A stretch of DNA of 64,000 nucleotides. Origin: an uncultured Desulfobacter sp. (GTDB lineage: Bacteria > Desulfobacterota > Desulfobacteria > Desulfobacterales > Desulfobacteraceae). Location of the stretch: positions 2,176,001 to 2,240,000 of the forward strand of contig OY762069.1 in NCBI GenBank assembly GCA_963665095.1. Direction: 5' to 3'. Shown here in pieces: positions 30,618-41,800 of this stretch. The position numbers and the translations under genes were made by a program. Numbering within the stretch: the first letter of the stretch is position 1; each line of letters begins with the position of its first letter. Under the pieces are notes generated by a model. The model was not told the origin of the DNA. It made no database searches and was given only the letters and a program-made list of their open reading frames with translations.

Positions 30618-31676
30618 ATGAACGAGAATAGATTAGGGGACTATCGAAGATCTGAAGCTGCTGCCCAGGACGAGAATAACGGACCCGGACTCGGAGGTTC
30701 CCTGTACCAGCAGGAAGCCAATACCCTTAAAATTGAAAAGCTCTCCCATAGGGTTACCATCATTTCTGTCATCATTCCGTGTATTATCATTGCCATTCTG
30801 GCATTTGTCTATCTGGACATCCGGGAAAAGGTGGATAAAAAAGATCAGACCCAGGCCGATAAAATGGCCCGGGTAACCAAGGACCTTGAGATCAAGCTCA
30901 ATGCCCTGGATGTTCGTATTGCCAGGGCAACCCACGACCTTGATCAAAAACTGGATGCCATTGAAACCAAGCGGCAGGCCCTTGAAAATCAGACCGCTAA
31001 AATGTCAGCGTCTAAAGTGGATCTCAAGGCCATGGAAACGGCCCTGAAAAAACTTGACCAGCGGATAAAGACCAATGCGGAGCAGGACAAGTCAACCCTT
31101 GCGTCAATGGAGCGTATTAATAAGCAGTTAGGAACCGCCATCGACAAAAATAATGCCGGGCTTAAAAAGGCTGCCGGAGAAATTACAGAAGAGGTCCAGC
31201 AGCTTAAAGACAAAATCGATGCCCGACTTCTCGAACTGGTCGTTTATGAACAAAAAATCAATAACATAGTTCAGGAAACAAGTCGGCTTGACAAAGAAAT
31301 AGCCACCTTGAAACAGGAAACTGCGGCTGCCTATAACGAAAAGCTGATCCAGCTCAAACAGGAGCTGGAAAACCGGATTACTGCTGTTCAGAAAAAAGCT
31401 GACGTCGCCAGTGCGGCTGCAGTTAAGGCTGAGAAAACCGCTGCTGCTGCATTGACCAGGCCGGCCGCAGCGACCGGAACAGCCCAGCCTGCAGCCTCTT
31501 CTGCAGCCAAGTCATCTTCAGCAAAACCATCAACTGGCAAAGCGTCTGAGCCTGGCACTGCGGCCGCGCCTTCGCCTGAAAAGGCCGGCAGTGAAACAAA
31601 ACCGGTTCCGACCTATCAGCCCCCATTGCCGGCAGAAAACAGCTCCGACATCTCGGAACAGACCCTTCTGCAGTAA
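30618..31676 (+). CDS. Single-TM long coiled-coil protein with Ala/Ser/Pro-rich tail
   Basis: TM VTIISVIIPCIIIAILAFVYL, heptad-rich body, low-complexity C-terminus; start uncertain. Confidence 0.7.
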   Translation: MNENRLGDYRRSEAAAQDENNGPGLGGSLYQQEANTLKIEKLSHRVTIISVIIPCIIIAILAFVYLDIREKVDKKDQTQADKMARVTKDLEIKLNALDVRIARATHDLDQKLDAIETKRQALENQTAKMSASKVDLKAMETALKKLDQRIKTNAEQDKSTLASMERINKQLGTAIDKNNAGLKKAAGEITEEVQQLKDKIDARLLELVVYEQKINNIVQETSRLDKEIATLKQETAAAYNEKLIQLKQELENRITAVQKKADVASAAAVKAEKTAAAALTRPAAATGTAQPAASSAAKSSSAKPSTGKASEPGTAAAPSPEKAGSETKPVPTYQPPLPAENSSDISEQTLLQ

Positions 31677-31679
31677 GGA

Positions 31680-33260
31680 ATGAGCCAGACATCTCCATCC
31701 AGTACCAGACTGCGTGTAGAAGCCGGTCTTATGGGGCGTTCCCGGGATTTTTCCGCATCGTTTATGGATGTTCAGTATATTGGCCGCCAGGTGGCAGACC
31801 GTCCCTTAACCACCACTTTCCAGACGCTTTCAGCACTTTTTTGTGTGCTTGAATCCTGCCGGTTCGATTCACAAAAACAGATCTATTTTTTATACCATGA
31901 AGCCGCCTTAACGCTTGTGAACATGGCCCAGACCCGGGAATGTCCCTTCAGGCAGACCATTTTGCCAAAGCTTGAATCGCTCATGCTAAAAAGTTCAGGG
32001 CAACGGCTTAAGGCCATAAGCCAGGCCATTGGCACGTTAAAACTGCCCCTTCCAAAACCTGAAAATTTAAAGATTCCTGAAAATATTGACCCAATAGAAA
32101 TCCCTTTAGAGACCCTTGTTAAAAAATTTGGTCTGCTGAATGGGCAATCTGGAAAATCATTTCACTGGGAATGGAAAGGGCGCAGTCTTATGGCCCGGAC
32201 AAAAACAGAAATCTGTGGCGTTATTAAATTTGCCACTAGCAGTAAAAACATCAGGGATCTTTATAAAGAAGCGCTCTGGATGAATCGGTTGAATGAAACA
32301 CCATTGTATTCACAGTGCCTTGTGCCTGTCCCTGTCAACATTGAGCGTCAGTATATTTTCACCGTCAAAAATCCATTGCCTCAAGGGAGCCCTGACACTC
32401 TTTTGGGAGCTGCCTGCATGGCATTCATTCCCTGCCCCGGGTATTATGACTACCCCAACCAGAAAGGTTCGACCCCGGACCAGGCAAAGGCCGCGTTTTT
32501 CAAATCCGCGGAAATCCTTGGACTTCTGTCATCCCATGGCATTTTCCACACAGCCCTGATTCCTTTGTTCCATAACCGGGTTCAGCAGGCCCGAAGAAAT
32601 GACAACGGCAGGTATCTCTGGGAACATGCCGGCCGCCTTGACCAGTGGCTGGATTCCAGTAAGTTTCCCAACTTCGCCGCCTCAGGCCTGAGAGACTTTG
32701 AACATATGGTTCAAAAGGCTGACTTAAAGGACCTTGGACATTATACAGGAGAGTATCTGCTCAGCTTCATTCTTTCGGCCGGGGCCTTTTTCAGAAACAA
32801 AGCGCCCCATCGGAGAGGCAAAAATGATCAGCAGCCCCATGTGGATACCCGGGACCTTTTTTCAAAAATCCTGTTTCAAGATTTTGTAACAGGCATATGC
32901 CAACACTATTTTAAAGGACTCACCGGTTTTGATCTGTGCGATCTTCCGCTTTTTAACATCCCTTTGCTTATTGACAGGCTCATTGAAAGGATGGGATCAG
33001 ATGAACATATGGAAGAAGTCCTAAGAGTCCGTGATCAGCTGGATATGAACGATGAACAATTTGAAAAATATCTTAGGGCCAAAGGCGTCGGACAGATACC
33101 GGTCAGAGGTGAAAATGAGATTGTCCTGTTTACCGGCCCCCACCTTGGCGGCTTCAACCAGGCTATTTCCATACCGGATGTGATTGATTTTCTTTTTAAA
33201 TTTTCTGCCTGCTGTGTGTCATCCTGCTTTACGCCCCATGGTCTGCAGGATAGCGCCTGA
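31680..33260 (+). CDS. SidJ-related pseudokinase (putative protein glutamylase fold)
   Basis: GRSL, VIKF, KEA, HTALIPLFHNR, RRNDNGRYLW, GRLDQW, PNFAASGLRDFEH, GPHLGGFNQ resemble SidJ-family motifs as I recall them. Confidence 0.75.
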   Translation: MSQTSPSSTRLRVEAGLMGRSRDFSASFMDVQYIGRQVADRPLTTTFQTLSALFCVLESCRFDSQKQIYFLYHEAALTLVNMAQTRECPFRQTILPKLESLMLKSSGQRLKAISQAIGTLKLPLPKPENLKIPENIDPIEIPLETLVKKFGLLNGQSGKSFHWEWKGRSLMARTKTEICGVIKFATSSKNIRDLYKEALWMNRLNETPLYSQCLVPVPVNIERQYIFTVKNPLPQGSPDTLLGAACMAFIPCPGYYDYPNQKGSTPDQAKAAFFKSAEILGLLSSHGIFHTALIPLFHNRVQQARRNDNGRYLWEHAGRLDQWLDSSKFPNFAASGLRDFEHMVQKADLKDLGHYTGEYLLSFILSAGAFFRNKAPHRRGKNDQQPHVDTRDLFSKILFQDFVTGICQHYFKGLTGFDLCDLPLFNIPLLIDRLIERMGSDEHMEEVLRVRDQLDMNDEQFEKYLRAKGVGQIPVRGENEIVLFTGPHLGGFNQAISIPDVIDFLFKFSACCVSSCFTPHGLQDSA

Positions 33261-33285
33261 ACGGAAACTGTGTCCGAAAAAAAAT

Positions 33286-34422
33286 TCACTGCACCTTCAG
33301 CCTGTCTCCTGGATGGATCACATGTTTACTGGATAATTTGTTGAGCTTAAGCAGGGCAGACAAAGACATGCCATACTTCTTGGCAATGGATGTCAGGCTT
33401 TCTCCAGTTCTGACCACATGGATTTTGGCCGCATGGGCCTTGTTTGTTTTTTTCCCCTTCTCCCATGTATTATGCAGTGCTGCAAACCGTTTCAGGTACC
33501 CTTTCTCCTTGCCACTCGGTACCATAAGGATGTTCGTCCCTTTTGCCAGATAATATCCGCGGATCTCAGGATTAAAGTCCTTGATGGTTTTGAACGATAC
33601 CCCGCAGGCTTTAGCCACAAGGGATATGGGGATCTCATGATTCAGGGAAAACTTAACTTCCTTGTATTCAAACACCGGATAAAGATCCTGGGGGCTTAAA
33701 TCAAAACCATATGCTTCCGGGGAGGCCATGATCAGCTTCACTGCAGCAATTTTCAATATATATCGCTGGGTTTCCAGGGGCAGATAGAGGTCAAAAAAAT
33801 CCTTGGTGTCCTGAAGCTCAATGGCCCGGCTGAGACCATACTCCCCCATGTTGTAGGCAGACATGGCCAAAAGATAGGAGTCGAACTGATCATGCAGTTT
33901 TTTTAAATACCGGCAGGCCGCCTTTGTTGAAAGAAACAGGTTGCGGCGTTCATCTATTTTTGAATCAATGCGAAGGCCATATCGTTTTCCGGTGCTTTTG
34001 ATAAACTGCCAGTATCCCACCGCTCCTTTTGAGGACTGGCTATATGGCAGAAGTGCGCTTTCCACAATTGGCATAAACTTTAAATCCAGGGGCAGTTTTT
34101 CCTCTTTTAAAATTTTTTCAATGTGCGGAAACCAGCGATGGGCCCGTTTCAACCACAGCATCACCTGGGGCCTGTTCCATACTGAAAGCATCATCTCCTT
34201 TTCAAATCGTTCCCTCACCTCGGTATCTGTAAACGGTATCTTTTCACCACAAATATCGATATCGCCGGAAAAACGGACGGTTTCTGCAAGGGTTGGGATA
34301 TGCGTCCGCACAATGGGAGGACCCGCTTTTTCCTCCTTAACTTCTGATATTTCTTCAGTTGCCTTAATGTAGTCCGGTGCCAGAACAGCCAGAATAATTG
34401 CCAATAAAAAAAAAGATCTCAT
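33286..34422 (-). CDS. Lytic transglycosylase (SLT + LysM), MltD-like
   Basis: IVESAL, GAVGYWQF, AYNMGE, LPLETQRY, C-terminal LysM HVVRTGESL. Confidence 0.9.
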   Translation of the reverse strand: MRSFFLLAIILAVLAPDYIKATEEISEVKEEKAGPPIVRTHIPTLAETVRFSGDIDICGEKIPFTDTEVRERFEKEMMLSVWNRPQVMLWLKRAHRWFPHIEKILKEEKLPLDLKFMPIVESALLPYSQSSKGAVGYWQFIKSTGKRYGLRIDSKIDERRNLFLSTKAACRYLKKLHDQFDSYLLAMSAYNMGEYGLSRAIELQDTKDFFDLYLPLETQRYILKIAAVKLIMASPEAYGFDLSPQDLYPVFEYKEVKFSLNHEIPISLVAKACGVSFKTIKDFNPEIRGYYLAKGTNILMVPSGKEKGYLKRFAALHNTWEKGKKTNKAHAAKIHVVRTGESLTSIAKKYGMSLSALLKLNKLSSKHVIHPGDRLKVQ

Positions 34423-34777
34423 GATGCCCTGCTTTTGGATATTATCTCTTAGATGACGCCAGGCCTGAAAAAATTATATTTAACAATTGAATCCCAGGGC
34501 CGGGCTGCAAGATTTCAAAAACAATGATGACATTACAAACTCTAAAAATCAAGACCGCTCCGACAGGCGGGTCCCGTATGGGAAACAACAGACTGGCAGG
34601 ATTTTTGACCACTGCTGTCCGCACCGCACGCACAACCATATAATTTTTTATAGGTACCGCACTGCTGGAATCGCGACCTTTACATCACAGTTTACATAAG
34701 AGACGGACACCGGGTATTTTCAAATGACATCTAATGTGCCATAATAGCCGATCTGTATTTCACAGGTCTTTACGAAC

Positions 34778-35584
34778 ATGGATGAGAACACGGTTGATAT
34801 CTTGATTTCTTTTATAAAAGACTTGGCCATTGAAGCCGGCAAGATCTGTATTGACGGACAGAACAATCTGACGTCCGGCGATCTTGAATTCAAATCAGCA
34901 AAAGATATTGTCACAGTAGTTGACAAAAAAGTGGAAGATTTCCTTATCAGGGAAATTCAGAATCACTACCCGGATCACGGCGTACTCGGAGAAGAGCGGG
35001 GAGCCATCCGGACGCAGGGCCGTTTCAGATGGATCATTGATCCCATCGACGGCACCACCTCTTTTGTCCACAGGCTTCCCTTTTACAGCATCAGCATTGC
35101 ATTGGAAGCGGATGGAGAATTCATTTTGGGATTGGTACATGCACCCGCTTTAGGACAGGTGTTTTATGCGCAAAAGGGCAAAGGGGCGTTTGTGAATGAC
35201 ACCCCTGTCCGGGCGTCTGAAACAAAAACGCTGGATTGCGCGGTTATGGCCACTGGATTTGCCTGTTTAAGATCAGGATGGAAAAATAACAATCTGCCGG
35301 TTTTCAACCATATAGTTCCCGAACTCAGAGATATCCGGAGGTTCGGATCCGCAGCCATTGACCTGTGTTATGTGGCTTTGGGCAGCCTGGACGGATTCTG
35401 GGAGATGAATCTCAATATTTATGATATTGCTGCAGGTGTGGTTATTCTCAAAGAAGCCGGCGGCGTGGTCAGCGATTTTACAGGCGGCTCAAGTTTTCCC
35501 CAAAACGGAATTGCAGCTGCAAACAGACATCTGCATCCGGAACTGCTCCGTCTGCTGGCACCGTTTTCTGCGGCAGCATCCTGA
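34778..35584 (+). CDS. suhB: Inositol monophosphatase family protein
   Basis: WIIDPIDGT, RRFGSAA, YDIAAG..ILKEAGG. Confidence 0.88.
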   Translation: MDENTVDILISFIKDLAIEAGKICIDGQNNLTSGDLEFKSAKDIVTVVDKKVEDFLIREIQNHYPDHGVLGEERGAIRTQGRFRWIIDPIDGTTSFVHRLPFYSISIALEADGEFILGLVHAPALGQVFYAQKGKGAFVNDTPVRASETKTLDCAVMATGFACLRSGWKNNNLPVFNHIVPELRDIRRFGSAAIDLCYVALGSLDGFWEMNLNIYDIAAGVVILKEAGGVVSDFTGGSSFPQNGIAAANRHLHPELLRLLAPFSAAAS

Positions 35585-35593
35585 AAAACATAC

Positions 35594-35860
35594 ATGACTA
35601 TTATTTTTTCCATCATATTTATTTTGAGCATGGCCGCAGGCGTGGCCGTTGGATATTATCATCATTATACCTGGGTGGGGTATACCATCACTTTGGCCAT
35701 CAGTGGGTTTGTTGGTTCGAGCATCATTGCCGTTCTTTTCTCCTGCTTGTATTTATTTCAAAAGGATGCTGACGTACCGAATTCACAGGATGTAAATCCG
35801 GATATGAATCAGGATAAAAAAATCAGCCAGGATCAAGGGATAAAAAAAATCGAACAATGA
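35594..35860 (+). CDS. Small 2-TM hypothetical protein
   Basis: Two hydrophobic segments; tightly packed between suhB and rbgA. Confidence 0.6.
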   Translation: MTIIFSIIFILSMAAGVAVGYYHHYTWVGYTITLAISGFVGSSIIAVLFSCLYLFQKDADVPNSQDVNPDMNQDKKISQDQGIKKIEQ

Positions 35861-36711
35861 CAATCCAGTGGTTTCCCGGACATATGCTGGAGACAAGAAA
35901 TCAGCTCAAAGCATCCATTGCCAGGGTGGATGCGCTGCTTGAGGTGGTGGATGCGCGGCTGCCCTTTTCCAGCTCAAATCCTTTTGTGGATAAAATTGCA
36001 AAAGGCAAGCACCGTCTGAAGGTGCTGAATAAGGCAGATATTGCCGACCCCGACGTGACCCAATCCTGGCTTGATTTTTATAATATCGATCTGCAGCAAC
36101 CTGCGGCAGCCATCTGTGGGACCAGTGCGGACATGGCCAACAAGGCCCTTGAGACCCTGGTATCCCGGGTCAGCAGAAACCAGGCCAGAAAGGCGAAAGT
36201 GATGGTGGTGGGCATTCCCAATACTGGAAAATCCACTATTTTAAATACGCTGGCAGGGAAAAAAGTGGCCAAAACCGGCAATGTCCCGGCTGTCACCAGG
36301 CACCAGCAGCGGACCAGTCTTTCAGATAATATTGATATATATGATACTCCCGGCATCCTGTGGCCGGTGATTGAGCCACAACAGCGGGGCCTTGCCCTGG
36401 CTGTGTCCGGTGCCATCAGTGACACAGCTGTTGACTATCACGAAATTGCCTTTTTTGCGGCACGGCTACTTTTAGAAAAATATCCGGTCGGACTTGTGGC
36501 GCGCTATCCGTTTCTGGACCCTCTAATTCATGATCCTCAGATGTTGATTGAATCAGTGGGAAAGGCCAGAGGGTGCCTTAAAAAAGGTGGACATATCAAT
36601 TACCAGAAAGCATCCGAGTTGATCATCAGGGACTTAAGATCCGGAAAACTTGGCCGGATCAGTTATGAAACCCCAAAGGACATAGATTTAAACCATGACA
36701 CAGACGAATAG
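35857..36711 (+). CDS. ylqF: Ribosome biogenesis GTPase YlqF/RbgA
   Basis: IQWFPGHM, NKAD, GIPNTGKS, DTPG (circularly permuted GTPase). Confidence 0.95.
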   Translation: MTIQWFPGHMLETRNQLKASIARVDALLEVVDARLPFSSSNPFVDKIAKGKHRLKVLNKADIADPDVTQSWLDFYNIDLQQPAAAICGTSADMANKALETLVSRVSRNQARKAKVMVVGIPNTGKSTILNTLAGKKVAKTGNVPAVTRHQQRTSLSDNIDIYDTPGILWPVIEPQQRGLALAVSGAISDTAVDYHEIAFFAARLLLEKYPVGLVARYPFLDPLIHDPQMLIESVGKARGCLKKGGHINYQKASELIIRDLRSGKLGRISYETPKDIDLNHDTDE

Positions 36712-38749
36712 ACCCTTCCACCTGTTCCGGGCCGCACTTATCATTGCTATATCCCTTTATTACATCCCTTTGTGCAGGGCAGCCATACCGGAACTGTCTT
36801 ACCAGGCGGACCAGTCCAGGCGGTGCGTTGACATCGTCAATGCCCTTGAACGGGATCATTTTACAGGAAAAACCCTTGATAAAAAGATGTCAGATCAAGT
36901 TTTTGACACCTATATCAAATACCTGGATCCGGGAAAGCATCTGCTTACCCAGACCGACCTTGATGCATTTGCGCCATTGAAACGACTTATGTATATGTAT
37001 GTGAAACGCGGAGATTTAGGACCTGCTTTTGAGATTTTCAACCTGTACCAGTCCCGCAGCAGCCAGCGCCTTGAGTATATTCTGTCGCTGATTGAGAACT
37101 GGTCCACGCAGATCGATTTTACAAAAAACGACACCATTGTTATTGATTATAAACACAAACCCTTTCTCAAAGACGTCAGCGAGCTTAAACCGTTATGGAA
37201 AAAAGAGCTTAAAAATCACATCATCAGCCTGAAACTGGACAGCACGCCCGAGGAGGAGCTGACAGATACTTTGAAAAAGATCTACTCCAACCGACTCTCC
37301 CGCCTTTCCCAGACAGAGTCCAGGGATGTTTTCCAAATTTTCATGAATGCGGTGACCATGTCCTTTGATCCCCACTCCCAGTATTTTGCCCCCCGCCTGT
37401 CTGAGGATTTTGACATCCACATGAAGCTGAGCCTGGAAGGCATCGGAGCAGTATTGCAAAATGAATATGAATACACAAAGGTGGTACGCCTGATTCCCAA
37501 AGGTCCGGCAGACAAATCTCAGAAACTGGCCCCGGGAGATAAAATAATCGGGGTCGGCCAGGGAAAAGACGGGGAGATCAAGGACACCATCGGCCAGCGC
37601 ATTGATGATGTTGTCAAACTGATACGGGGACCCAAAGATACCTATGTGCGGCTGAAAATCATTCCGGCCAGAAAATCCAGCGTCACTTCAACCATCAGCA
37701 TCAAGAGGGATAAGGTTAAATTAGAGGAGCAGTCCGCCAAGAAAAAGGTGGAAGAAGTTACAGTCAGCGGCCATACCTATAAAATAGGCATTATAGAAGT
37801 TCCCAACTTTTACATTGATTTTGACGCCTTTCACAGAGGTGACATGGACTATAAAAGTACCACAAGGGATGTGGAAAAACTTTTACAGGAGCTTAAGGAA
37901 GAAAACATTGATGCACTGATCATGGATCTGCGGGACAATGGGGGAGGATCACTTAAGGAAGCCAGTGATCTGACGGGCCTGTTTATTAAATCAGGACCTA
38001 CGGTTCAGATTAAAACCAAAACCCGGATATCCCGCCTCTATGATGAAGACCCAAGAATTTTCTACACCGGGCCGCTGATTGTGATGATCAACCGGATGAG
38101 CGCCTCTGCCACAGAGATCTTTGCAGGGGCTATCAAAGACTACCACCGGGGAATCCTTGTGGGCACCCAAAGTTTTGGCAAGGGAACGGTTCAGGAACTA
38201 AAACCCTTGGGGGATGGCCGGTTGAAAATGACATCGGCCAAATTTTACCGGATTTCAGGCAAAAGTACCCAGCATCAAGGGGTTGAGCCGGATATCTGGT
38301 TTCCCAAGATATATAAGACCCTGGACACAGGCGAAAGCGCACTGGACGGCGCCCTTCTCTGTGATCAGATCAACGCCACCCGGTATGCGGCATATATCTC
38401 TTTACAGCCGGTCATCTCCAGTCTTGGCAATGCGTATAAAAAACGGGCGGCAACGTCCGCCGGCATCAATTACCTTAAACAGCGAATCCACATGGCAGAA
38501 ACTTTAAGCGGGAGTAAAAGCCTGTCACTGAACCTTGAGGAACGTATAAAAGAGGATAAGGCCCAGGCTACTGAAGAGCTGGCAGTGGAAAACCAGTACC
38601 GCAAACAAACAGGGGAAGCGACTTTGGAATCTTTGGATGATATTGATCCCGAACGGGAAGAGATCAAGGATATCCTCACAGACCAGGCCAAATACATTGC
38701 GGCGGATTTCATCACCCTGAGCGGTAAACTTGGATACAAGTGGCGGTAG
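36695..38749 (+). CDS. prc: Carboxy-terminal processing protease (S41, Prc/Tsp)
   Basis: DPHSQY, LEGIGA PDZ, DLRDNGGG, SASATE, FGKGTVQ. Confidence 0.92.
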   Translation: MTQTNRPFHLFRAALIIAISLYYIPLCRAAIPELSYQADQSRRCVDIVNALERDHFTGKTLDKKMSDQVFDTYIKYLDPGKHLLTQTDLDAFAPLKRLMYMYVKRGDLGPAFEIFNLYQSRSSQRLEYILSLIENWSTQIDFTKNDTIVIDYKHKPFLKDVSELKPLWKKELKNHIISLKLDSTPEEELTDTLKKIYSNRLSRLSQTESRDVFQIFMNAVTMSFDPHSQYFAPRLSEDFDIHMKLSLEGIGAVLQNEYEYTKVVRLIPKGPADKSQKLAPGDKIIGVGQGKDGEIKDTIGQRIDDVVKLIRGPKDTYVRLKIIPARKSSVTSTISIKRDKVKLEEQSAKKKVEEVTVSGHTYKIGIIEVPNFYIDFDAFHRGDMDYKSTTRDVEKLLQELKEENIDALIMDLRDNGGGSLKEASDLTGLFIKSGPTVQIKTKTRISRLYDEDPRIFYTGPLIVMINRMSASATEIFAGAIKDYHRGILVGTQSFGKGTVQELKPLGDGRLKMTSAKFYRISGKSTQHQGVEPDIWFPKIYKTLDTGESALDGALLCDQINATRYAAYISLQPVISSLGNAYKKRAATSAGINYLKQRIHMAETLSGSKSLSLNLEERIKEDKAQATEELAVENQYRKQTGEATLESLDDIDPEREEIKDILTDQAKYIAADFITLSGKLGYKWR

Positions 38750-38869
38750 GAATGGTACAAGGGGAAATAATATGATCCGCCAGCAGTGCTGAGGCAAAAT
38801 TTTTTAATCCAGTAATCAATAAAACAGGATAAAAGAAACCGTATTTATACGGGAACTGCTAAAAAATGT

Positions 38870-41800
38870 ATGGGCACCAAGCAAAAAGTCATATGGGGCA
38901 TTACCATTTTTACGGTACTATTTTTTATGGCCTGCACTGTGCTTTTAGCTTTTGCAATCACGCCCCTGGTTAATACAAAGGCAGTTAAAACCCGCCTGAT
39001 CCGGACCATTGAAGACCGATTTGACACCCCGGTCCTGATGGGCCGGATTCAATTTTCCCTGCACCCTGTACCTGGCATAAGTGTCACTGACATCGGGGTG
39101 GAGTTAAATGAACAGACCCGTCTTAAAATTAAAACGCTTGAGATTGATCTTGACCTGAACCGTCTTTTTAAACTTCAACCGGCTGCTGCACGTATCAGAA
39201 TTCTATATCCCGAGCTGATTCAATCTGAAACAGGACCTTTGTCAGGCCGGAAGACACAAGGTGCCCATGGAAATTTCCTTTCCCTGCTGCCTGAAATCCG
39301 AAGCAGACTGCTTGCCCTGGTACCTGCTGCTGGAGATACTATAGAGATCATTATTTCCAATGCCAGATCTTTTTACTTTAAATCCATGGACAGCAGGCTT
39401 TGCCTTTCAAGAGATACAGACGCCATTGATTTCCAGGCAAAGATAACAGGTGTCCGGGTAAACTTTGACCAGTTTTTCATGCTCAACGATGCCGTCAGGG
39501 ACCGTATAACAGGGGTTGATGCCAAAGAACTGCACCTAAGCTGTTTCCATGATAAAGATACAGAGTTGTCCTGCAAACTCGATATATGTGCTCCTAAGAT
39601 CCTTCTTTCGGCGCCTGATTCCCGAGGCCTTGAAGCAGAAAAGCTACAACTTGAATTCTTTTGGGCAGATCAACTTTTGCATGCCCGTCTTATCCCATGT
39701 GACGTTACATTTCCAAAAAGCCATGTGGGGATCAACTTTTCACGAAATTCTGAAAATAATACTTCCCAAATCAAATTTACCGGGGATGATATTGATATCA
39801 GCCAGGCAAGAGAGGTCTGTTCCTCTTTGCTCAAAGGTGTCACCATCTCCGACACCCTGTTCGATATTCTTAAATCAGGTACCGCCAGCCATATTACAGT
39901 AGGATTTAAGGGAAATGAACTGAATCACCTGTTCACGGCTGAGAACCTGGTGCTGCAGGGTATTGCCCATTCTGCTACGGTTAAAATCCCCCAAGTACCT
40001 GTTGTCGTAACCAATGCATCAGGCTGGGCCAAAATGGAACAGGGGATACTCAGTATCTTTCCCCAATCCGGTCATGTGGGCAACTCCGTTGTATCCGGCG
40101 GCACCCTGAATTTGAATCTGCTCCATCACCACATCAATTTTTCAGGCAGTTTTCCCATAAAGGTGGATCTGTCTGAACTGCCTGGGGCACTCATGCGTAT
40201 TCTGCCGGGAACAAAACTGGCCCGGGAGCTGTCTAAAATTTCCCAAATCAGCGGGAAGGCAGATGCAATGCTGGAATTGTACAGAGACCAGAAGCTTCAC
40301 ATACCTGAGGTAAAAATTACTGCAACCAACATCAAAGCTGACGGCTCCTACCAAAGGATTCCACTGCCACTCCAGGTTAACGGCGGCAATTTTTTCCTGG
40401 ACCACGACACCGTTACACTGAAAAATTTGTCTGGGAGAATAGGAAACAGCAAAATATCAAATCTTGATGCAACTGTGGAAATTAATGACCCTGTTCCCAT
40501 GACCATACAAAACATGACAGGAAATATTATTCTGGAGGAGATCCAGCCACTGGTTGATATGTTCCCCGGGGCAAAAGAGATGCTCTCAATTGTACATAAA
40601 TGTTCCGGCCATTTGGGGGTGTCGCATCTTCAGGTCCAGGGTCCCATGTTTAAGCCCTTGCAATGGCGGGTTGATATGGCAGGTCAGGTACAAAACGCCG
40701 CGTTGATATTTACAAACAATTCTTCCGGCATCACGGAGATGTCAGGCAGGGTTCAGGTAACATCCACGGCACTGGGTCTCTCAGATATTTCATGCAAAAT
40801 TAATGATCTGTATTTCCTTGACAATACAATCTCCAAGCAATACACCCAAAGCATAGATCTGCCGTTGAGTCTATCAAATGGCAGACTTAACATAGAAAAA
40901 AATAACTGTCTGATTGAAGCCTGCCTGCAGCCTCCTTCCGGGGCGTTGATATGGTTTGAAGCTGACGGCCCTGTCCTGTCAGAATTAAAACCTTCAAAAC
41001 TTCGGATAACAGACGGAAAACTTTCCAATGCCGATATTGTTTTTCACCATAACCCGGACATGCCAAGACTTAGATTCTCAGGGAAACTGGATACAACCAC
41101 ATTGGACAACCTTTTGATCAGGAACTCGCTTCTGCATAAAAATCTTCTGAAGGTCACAGGAAATAACTCTTTAAACATTTTTACCGACCAGAATTCATTC
41201 ATCACCATAAAGGCGCAAAAACTGAATCTTGACCCCCTCATATCCCCCCGAAACAAACCAGCAACAGGTGACAGAGTCCGGCCCTGGACAGAACAGAAGC
41301 AAATTTTCTTTGAAATTGACGAGTTGAACTTTAGCAACCATCTGTTTCATGATGTCCTGGCAAAGGCGAGTGCATACCAGTCAACCACCCGAATCGACAT
41401 CAAAGAGGCGTTGTACTGCGGCCTGGATTTTTCAGGGGAGATATCCATAGACCATGCAGCACATGAACAGGGGGTATCCACACACTTTTTTTTTGAAACC
41501 AAAACGCAAAACGATGTTTCAACCACCTTTGGATGCCTGACAGGCACTCAAAGCGTTATTGAGGGGGTTTACAATTTAAAAGGCGAGCTAAGTGGGACAG
41601 CAGACACCCTGGAACAGGTTAAATACAAACAGAACGGATACCTGAATTTTCAGGCCCGGTCCGGCCGTATCTACAAAGCAACAGTTTTGTCCCGGCTTTT
41701 GTCTGTTTTGAATATACTCAGTGAACCTGACCTGCAGCAACAGGGATTCGGATTTAAAACATTTACGGCACAGACAGAGGTTAAAGACAGCGTTATTCAC

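Noticed and set aside
31400..31676. Tandem DNA repeat in the Ala/Ser/Pro-rich tail
   Set aside because: Low complexity at protein level only; no regular nucleotide period seen
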